Shown here piece after piece: positions 5,800 to 10,754 of a stretch of DNA of 10,754 nucleotides. The notes below the pieces were generated by a model. That model made no database searches. It was given only the letters and a program-made list of their open reading frames with translations, and was not told the origin of the DNA. The DNA comes from a virus. The stretch lies in the UHGV virus genome UHGV-0300898; one strand, written 5' to 3'. The translations under genes and the position numbers were made by a program. Within the stretch, counting starts at the first letter, position 1; every line of letters begins with the position of its first letter.

Positions 5800-6610
5800 T
5801 AGTCGCTACGTATTGAACATGGCCACATTCTTTACATTCCACGTTGGCTTTCGGGATTGTCAGGCCGGTTAAAGGAACACGGATTTGATACTGTGCTCCA
5901 CATTCTTCACAAACAAAATCGTATTCTGGATAGACACGACCTTCTAATTTCTCTTCTTTCCTTAGTGTGCCTGCTAAGAACAGCATCGCACCTAACGCTT
6001 CATTAATCTGCTGTTCCCATTCTCCGTCTAACGGGTAAGCGAACGCACGAGTCAACGTTTCCACCATCTCTGGAGTATTACTTACATAAACGTGTTTCAG
6101 TTCAAACTCAACACGTTGCAAGCCGAACAATACGCGCGCCGTCACGGTAACATTATCCAACGTTTGTGCAAACACAACGGGATTATCGTCACCATACATT
6201 GCGAATAACGCAGCACGTTCGTATTCGATATCACTCCACTCGATTAGTTCTACAGATTTAATCGCTTCCGCAATCTCAGCATTACCGAACGTTTCGTGTT
6301 CCAATAATCCGACGATAACTTCATTCAACGATTTCAATTGCTGTAATCGAATCGTAGGATCGGTATTCACGATAAGTAAACGATGCATTCTGGATTTCAA
6401 CCAGTTAATCGTTCCTTCTACACCGCCCCCAAACGAGCAGATGCTTATCACTTCAGGTTCACGAAGGATAAGAGTTGATTTTCCTGCTGCCGTACTCAAG
6501 TAGAGTTTAAAAGACTTATCGTTAGACTCTGCAACGATGGCAATGTCTTCAGTTGGAACGAAGTTTTCATTGCTCAGCCCACGCGGAAAATAATCTTTAA
6601 TAGTAATCAT
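5795..6610 (-). CDS. hypothetical protein with a C-terminal CxxC-N22-CxxC zinc-ribbon (271 aa)
   Basis: Complete ORF. SD GGAG is 8 nt upstream of the ATG at 6610. C-terminus reads ...VCEECGAQYQIRVPLTGLTIPKANVECKECGHVQY. Terminator immediately downstream. Confidence 0.75.
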   Translation of the reverse strand: MITIKDYFPRGLSNENFVPTEDIAIVAESNDKSFKLYLSTAAGKSTLILREPEVISICSFGGGVEGTINWLKSRMHRLLIVNTDPTIRLQQLKSLNEVIVGLLEHETFGNAEIAEAIKSVELIEWSDIEYERAALFAMYGDDNPVVFAQTLDNVTVTARVLFGLQRVEFELKHVYVSNTPEMVETLTRAFAYPLDGEWEQQINEALGAMLFLAGTLRKEEKLEGRVYPEYDFVCEECGAQYQIRVPLTGLTIPKANVECKECGHVQYVATK

Positions 6611-6625
6611 CTTTTATGCTCCAAT

Positions 6626-6659
6626 TAATAAAAAAATTAAGGGCACCCGAAGGTGCCTT
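6626..6659 (-). terminator. intrinsic terminator for the small lipoprotein-like gene (stem with UUCG tetraloop plus UAAUUUUUUUAUU in minus-strand RNA)
   Basis: Stem 6640-6647/6652-6659 (8 bp including one G-U pair) with plus-strand loop CGAA. The plus-strand A-run 6631-6636 gives a U7 tract on the minus strand, 5 nt after the TAA stop at 6665. Confidence 0.75.
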
Positions 6660-6664
6660 ATACA

Positions 6665-6808
6665 TTAACCACGACCAGTGCACTGTGCAACGGAATTACC
6701 GTTGTCGATGCAAGTGTCGTAGCCTTTGTCGATATCCAGGTACAGGCAACCCAGAACAACAGCGATAACAACAGCGAAGATAGCTTTTTTGTGTTTTACA
6801 GAAATCAT
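6665..6808 (-). CDS. small putative lipoprotein or membrane protein, 47 aa (MISVKHKKAIFAVVIAVVLGC|LYLDIDKGYDTCIDNGNSVAQCTGRG)
   Basis: Below the ORF-track cutoff. ATG at 6808..6806 is preceded by the perfect SD AGGAG with a 7-nt spacer. N-terminus has a basic region, then a hydrophobic stretch, then VVLGC, which fits the lipobox pattern. Leu at +2. Dedicated terminator downstream. Confidence 0.55.
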   Translation of the reverse strand: MISVKHKKAIFAVVIAVVLGCLYLDIDKGYDTCIDNGNSVAQCTGRG

Positions 6809-6902
6809 GATATAACTCCTAATTAGGTATTCGATAAATGAGTATTACGTAAACTCTCACCTAGGTAATATATATCTGAAATCTTTTTGAATCCATATAC
6901 CC

Positions 6903-6932
6903 TCTAGAACGCTCTAAAACGCATTCTAACGC
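6903..6932. repeat. three tandem 10-nt repeats (TCTAGAACGC / TCTAAAACGC / ATTCTAACGC) in the upstream region of the small lipoprotein gene
   Basis: Period of 10 bp, one helical turn. The first two units are 9/10 identical and the third shares CTAACGC. Located 95-125 nt upstream (minus sense) of the ATG at 6808. Confidence 0.6.
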
Positions 6933-7000
6933 AATTTTCTTTTTAAAGGGTAATTAGTCGTCTTAATGGAGAAATGACTTCTGTGTGGCGTTTAGGGATA

Positions 7001-7046
7001 AATAAAAGGTATTCCCGTTACCCACAGAGGTAACGGGAAGTTTTTA
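7001..7046. terminator. bidirectional intrinsic terminator (11-bp stem TTCCCGTTACC/GGTAACGGGAA) ending the minus-strand operon
   Basis: Stem 7012-7022/7029-7039 with loop CACAGA. The plus-strand T5 run at 7041-7045 overlaps the operon stop codon, and the A-rich tract at 7001-7008 gives UUUUAUU on the minus strand. Confidence 0.75.
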
Positions 7047-7844
7047 CAGACCTTGCATCTTATCCATTACAGCGATTTCAGGATCGCTAATGCCCGTCTT
7101 CGAAGAAATCATAAAGCGCTTATCGCTAATAGCTTCTACGGATTCGCGAATAAACAATGACTTTTCTTCCGCAACAGGAAGAATAGAATCGTTATCCTGC
7201 GGACCCACAAGCTGACAACTGAAAGGTACATAGCTGTTGAAGGTCACATAAGGACCTAACTGCAAGACCGGATACACTTCATTGAAGTTATTTGATGTGC
7301 CACTGTCTGTAGAAATAACAGAATAGCGCACCACCGCACGCACAGCCGTGGTATATTCAGGATCGCGGGCTTCACCCACTACGGTAAAACGAAACGCATT
7401 GAAGTCATAGTCTTCCGACTCACTAAAGTGTGAAGGGAGAATACGTTCAATATACTGAGGATAGGTTTCCTGTTGCCCTGGGGTAACCGCTGCAGCCAAT
7501 TTCTGAGCATAGAAGTAACAATAAGCAAAGCCGTATTGCGCTTCTAAAGCACCAGACACCACAGCAGTTGTGATCGCGTGCAGGAACAACAAGTGACCTA
7601 ACGTCCCTTTTTCTTCGATTGGTAATAAGCGACAATTCTGTACACCGTCTACGGTATAGATAACAGAAATCGTTTTGTCAGCGCTGGACGCCATGATGTA
7701 ATCCAACTGGCGTTGTTCGCCACCAGGAATAACATTAAGGCAACGTTCTAACAACTTCGACGGTTTCGAAAAATTCTCTTCTTCGAATTTGTCGATTTGA
7801 ATTAACGTTTGACCAGACATTCTGAAAGTAAGTAGATTACTCAT
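7044..7844 (-). CDS. hypothetical protein (266 aa, starting MSNLLTFRMSGQ...)
   Basis: The ORF track starts at a TTG (7850). I prefer the ATG two codons downstream (7844..7842), which has SD AAAGGA with a 7-nt spacer. Last gene of the operon; terminator hairpin directly after the TAA. Confidence 0.75.
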   Translation of the reverse strand: MSNLLTFRMSGQTLIQIDKFEEENFSKPSKLLERCLNVIPGGEQRQLDYIMASSADKTISVIYTVDGVQNCRLLPIEEKGTLGHLLFLHAITTAVVSGALEAQYGFAYCYFYAQKLAAAVTPGQQETYPQYIERILPSHFSESEDYDFNAFRFTVVGEARDPEYTTAVRAVVRYSVISTDSGTSNNFNEVYPVLQLGPYVTFNSYVPFSCQLVGPQDNDSILPVAEEKSLFIRESVEAISDKRFMISSKTGISDPEIAVMDKMQGL

Positions 7845-7876
7845 TAACAAATCCTTTAGGTTACGGACAACATAAT

Positions 7877-9196
7877 TTACGTAGCGGTTGTAAATTTTTC
7901 ATTAGTCAACCACAACGTCAATTGACTAATGGTATTAAATTGTGGGGACGCCATCGAACCGCCATCAACGGCAGCTTGGAAAACTTCACCAACCAACGTC
8001 CCATAACGAGTGTATACACCGTAATTATTCGCATACAGATATTTTACTGCCATACCCGGCTGCAATAAACCGTACGCTGAACGGTTCCAGGTCGTTGCGG
8101 TAAGTGTCCCTCTGGCGGCAGCCAACTTAGAACGACGGGGCTTATCTGTGTCGCTGAAGTGTTCGTTTGGATCAATAGGCGCATTAACAACACCACCAGG
8201 GTACTGTGTAGGGTCTGCTGCTGAAACAAACGAATCTGACGTCGTTGCTGAAACATCGCCTGGAGAGAAAGAACTTGCACGTCCATCTAAGGCACGGATT
8301 GAACCCACACGGTAACCTGTTCCCTGATTTAGCGCAAGGGCGTCTTTGTCTTCGAAGGTGTGAACATCACCACCACAAATCAGATAAATGACGTCACCTG
8401 CAATATGGCACGTTTTATCTAAATAGGCAACCTTCTCTCTTGGAAGGTTAATTACCACCAGTTTCTTTTTCGCCGTAGAGAATTTCTTAGAGTCCCACGG
8501 CTGAAAGATATGCCAACGGTGTTTATACAAGAAGACACCTAATCCTTGGCTATACACACCGTAACGGTTCTGAATGAAATCGAAAACCGAAAGAAAACTT
8601 TGCGAATCGGGAATCAAAATGTCACGATAAGGCTGTTGTTCTTCTTCCTCGTATTCCACACCAACCAACTGACCTTCTGGTGCATCCCCAGTAGGTAACG
8701 TATCAGCAAGCAATGCACGAACGACACTTAATCCGTCTGTTTCGTGGTAAATCCCTCCTACCTGCCGACAGCGAAGGAACCACATCGATTCGTCCATCAG
8801 TTCCAACGTCACCACACCCAACCCTTTTTGGTCAGACTCACCCAAGAACATTGTGGGCGATTCCATATCGGGATCGTGATTGTTAACCACGATTCCTCGG
8901 TAGTTCAGCTGAGCAATGGTTTTCTTGTTCATTGCCCGCATCAGGATTTTAACCGATAAATCCCCTTCTGCCGACGACGTAAGAATACGTTGCTGGCTCA
9001 GTGGAATTACCACACTGAGATGTGTGATAGTCGTTAAATCCTGAGCGAAATTACTGGCATGGATTATCGACATGGTTTTGTAAACGTCGATCGTCACACC
9101 ACGAACCGTAATAAGGGGTACGTAGTCGATGGCCGGTAATCCCGCCGCTTGTGCAATGTGCACGTTTGCTATGTTCTGTAACCGACCAAACGACAT
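7877..9196 (-). CDS. hypothetical protein (439 aa) with an acidic YEEEEQQ patch
   Basis: Complete ORF. SD GGAGG is 9 nt upstream. The start ATG overlaps the upstream gene's TAA as TAATG, indicating translational coupling. Confidence 0.8.
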   Translation of the reverse strand: MSFGRLQNIANVHIAQAAGLPAIDYVPLITVRGVTIDVYKTMSIIHASNFAQDLTTITHLSVVIPLSQQRILTSSAEGDLSVKILMRAMNKKTIAQLNYRGIVVNNHDPDMESPTMFLGESDQKGLGVVTLELMDESMWFLRCRQVGGIYHETDGLSVVRALLADTLPTGDAPEGQLVGVEYEEEEQQPYRDILIPDSQSFLSVFDFIQNRYGVYSQGLGVFLYKHRWHIFQPWDSKKFSTAKKKLVVINLPREKVAYLDKTCHIAGDVIYLICGGDVHTFEDKDALALNQGTGYRVGSIRALDGRASSFSPGDVSATTSDSFVSAADPTQYPGGVVNAPIDPNEHFSDTDKPRRSKLAAARGTLTATTWNRSAYGLLQPGMAVKYLYANNYGVYTRYGTLVGEVFQAAVDGGSMASPQFNTISQLTLWLTNEKFTTAT

Positions 9197-9708
9197 TACA
9201 GAATTCCTCCACGTCTACGGTATATCTGTTCAATACGGTGCATAATCGTATCGTTGAACTGATGCCGTTCTGTTTCCAATCGGACTTCGCCGAATAACGC
9301 TTGTACAGAAACCGCCATGGTTACTTCAGGTTTCTTAAAGTAACCGTAACGGTTCGCTACCGGGAACAGTTTACGCGCTAACGCATTAAACTGGCGTAAG
9401 CCCTCCATAGGGACTTTACGTGTTGTTAAGTGTGGGGTCTGCATGTAGTTTAGCCAATCGGCTAAGTGCTCCATGATATACCCGTACACGATAATCCCGT
9501 CATGTGGGTCGTGGACGTCTAATGCCGCACCCGTTTCTGCATAAACCGCAACTTCGAAAGGTCGCATGTATACGGTCTTTTTATTTAGCAGTATCGCGCG
9601 TGCTTTTTTCTCGTCTTCCGGTAAGAACAACCCATGTTCCTGAGACATATACGTTGAGATCGTCGTCCATTCAGGAACACGCCATCCTACCCACTTGTGA
9701 AACAGCAT
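9196..9708 (-). CDS. hypothetical protein (about 170 aa, starting MLFHKWVGWRV...)
   Basis: The track ORF 9196..9837 overlaps the upstream gene by 100 nt in another frame, so the true start must be internal. Candidates are ATG 9708 (28-nt gap after the upstream stop) or ATG 9750 (13-nt overlap). Neither has a clear SD; the start is uncertain. Confidence 0.55.
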   Translation of the reverse strand: MLFHKWVGWRVPEWTTISTYMSQEHGLFLPEDEKKARAILLNKKTVYMRPFEVAVYAETGAALDVHDPHDGIIVYGYIMEHLADWLNYMQTPHLTTRKVPMEGLRQFNALARKLFPVANRYGYFKKPEVTMAVSVQALFGEVRLETERHQFNDTIMHRIEQIYRRRGGIL

Positions 9709-9736
9709 AAATGCTGCGCTACGTTTTTCAGCCACG

Positions 9737-10750
9737 TTAATCCCTCGCATAGCGTAACAACAAATACACCATCGGGATGTAATAGAATTGCGCATCCTTC
9801 GGCAAACGGTAAACTTCTTCAAACAACCGCAACGCAATTACTGTCGACAGTGGGCGCTTATTCAGATAGAGATATAAACCGTATTCTAATAACGAACTGT
9901 ACGAGCCCTCGTAAAACGATGGGCTTAACAAATACGGCTTGTAGGTCAGCGGTAAAAACGCAGGGATCGATTCGCCTTCGTTACCCCGATAGTTCTCCAC
10001 TTCAACCGGTTCAAACTCCGTCCACTTCGGCCACTGTCCAGGAAAACGTTGTGCCATCCCATAACCTGGTTTTAATTCATCGGTAAAGAATCGGGTATCC
10101 GAAATTAATGACCAGGTCACAGAATTCCGATGCTGCATCGTGCGGAAGGTTTTTACCTGCCAGACACTGGAATCACGTTTGTAATCCGCTAAGAACGTTG
10201 GCGATTGATTTAACAATGCTGTCCAGACCGTTTCAATATCTTCCACACGCATTGGTGGGTGCGGGTAGATTTGAATATCTTTACCGACGGTCCGTAAGCC
10301 TACAGAGCGTACAAACTGTGCCAAGAACACATCGTAATACGCGCGACTACGCAACCCATCACTATGTCGATCGTGGGGGAAAAGCAACGTTGCCGTTTCC
10401 CCATCGTAAAACCGTTTTACGTAAGTCTGTTCAATATCCGCAATCGCATCAACAATTTTCAAAAACGCACGGTATTCTTTCGGTGTCAGTAACGTATCAC
10501 CGCCCGTCCAGGCACGTTCAGAAACGTAATAATACTCACGAACCGTACAACGACGAATGGTTTCTGCAACGCCCGGATCAACTTCAAACAGCAACGTATA
10601 CTCGATGTTATACGTTGCAATTTTGTTATTAGACATCCGCACGACGTTAGTGACGTTGAACAACGCAAACCGTCCGTCTCCGATCGGGGCAACGAAAAAA
10701 CACCCTTCATTGGGAATCACCGAGTTCGCCATTGTTGCGGCACCGGACAT
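9737..10750 (-). CDS. hypothetical protein (at least 337 aa); the N-terminus may extend beyond the window end
   Basis: Long open frame. The first ATG is only 4 nt from the window edge, so neither an RBS nor an upstream extension can be assessed. First gene of the co-directional operon in this window. Confidence 0.7.
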   Translation of the reverse strand: MSGAATMANSVIPNEGCFFVAPIGDGRFALFNVTNVVRMSNNKIATYNIEYTLLFEVDPGVAETIRRCTVREYYYVSERAWTGGDTLLTPKEYRAFLKIVDAIADIEQTYVKRFYDGETATLLFPHDRHSDGLRSRAYYDVFLAQFVRSVGLRTVGKDIQIYPHPPMRVEDIETVWTALLNQSPTFLADYKRDSSVWQVKTFRTMQHRNSVTWSLISDTRFFTDELKPGYGMAQRFPGQWPKWTEFEPVEVENYRGNEGESIPAFLPLTYKPYLLSPSFYEGSYSSLLEYGLYLYLNKRPLSTVIALRLFEEVYRLPKDAQFYYIPMVYLLLRYARD

Positions 10751-10754
10751 GGTG

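Noticed and set aside
5828-5845. Walker-A-like AAGKST in the 271-aa protein
   Set aside because: It lacks the G/A-x4-GK[ST] spacing (the position five residues before Lys-1 is Leu), so I do not call an NTPase.
7845-7850. TTG start used by the ORF track for the 266-aa gene
   Set aside because: An ATG two codons downstream (7844..7842) has a correctly spaced AAAGGA SD, so the TTG is unnecessary.
9709-9837. N-terminal 43 codons of track ORF 9196..9837 (MRCGCLKKFTVCRRMRNS...)
   Set aside because: This part overlaps the 3' end of the upstream gene (stop at 9737) in another frame and reads as Cys/Arg-rich junk. The real start is more likely an internal ATG at 9708 or 9750.
7447-10710. Short nested or antisense ORFs from the track inside the minus-strand operon (7447..7635, 8044..8286, 8744..8959, 9051..9233, 9504..9710, 9697..10086, 10108..10632, 10486..10710)
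   Set aside because: Each lies inside a longer, better-supported CDS in a different frame or on the opposite strand; none has a convincing SD or distinct codon usage.

Overview
This window looks like a compact bacteriophage region, most plausibly from a large (jumbo-type) tailed phage of an enterobacterial host; that assignment is inference from gene organisation and protein size, not from any database search. Nine of the ten protein-coding genes I call are on the minus strand. The dominant feature is a 764-aa ORF (507..2801, -) with strongly biased, high-expression codon usage, which I interpret as a major virion structural protein, probably the major capsid protein (tail sheath is the alternative). 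A single plus-strand gene (3352..4914) converges on a minus-strand gene (5795..6610) across an unusual ~880-bp non-coding region (4915..5794) packed with perfect hairpins and intrinsic-terminator-like structures. That region contains a 46-nt element present twice, exactly 399 bp apart and 45/46 identical, each copy flanked by hairpins of conserved shape but different sequence. This duplicated module is the most interesting signal in the window. Two small genes missing from the ORF track are supported by ribosome-binding sites: a 47-aa lipoprotein-like ORF (6665..6808, -) with its own terminator, and a 57-aa basic ORF (5325..5498, -) lying between the two repeat copies. A four-gene minus-strand operon (7044..10750) shows translational coupling. 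I recognise no protein family with confidence; all functional labels are hypotheses. No rRNA, tRNA, CRISPR array, integrase or transposase is evident.
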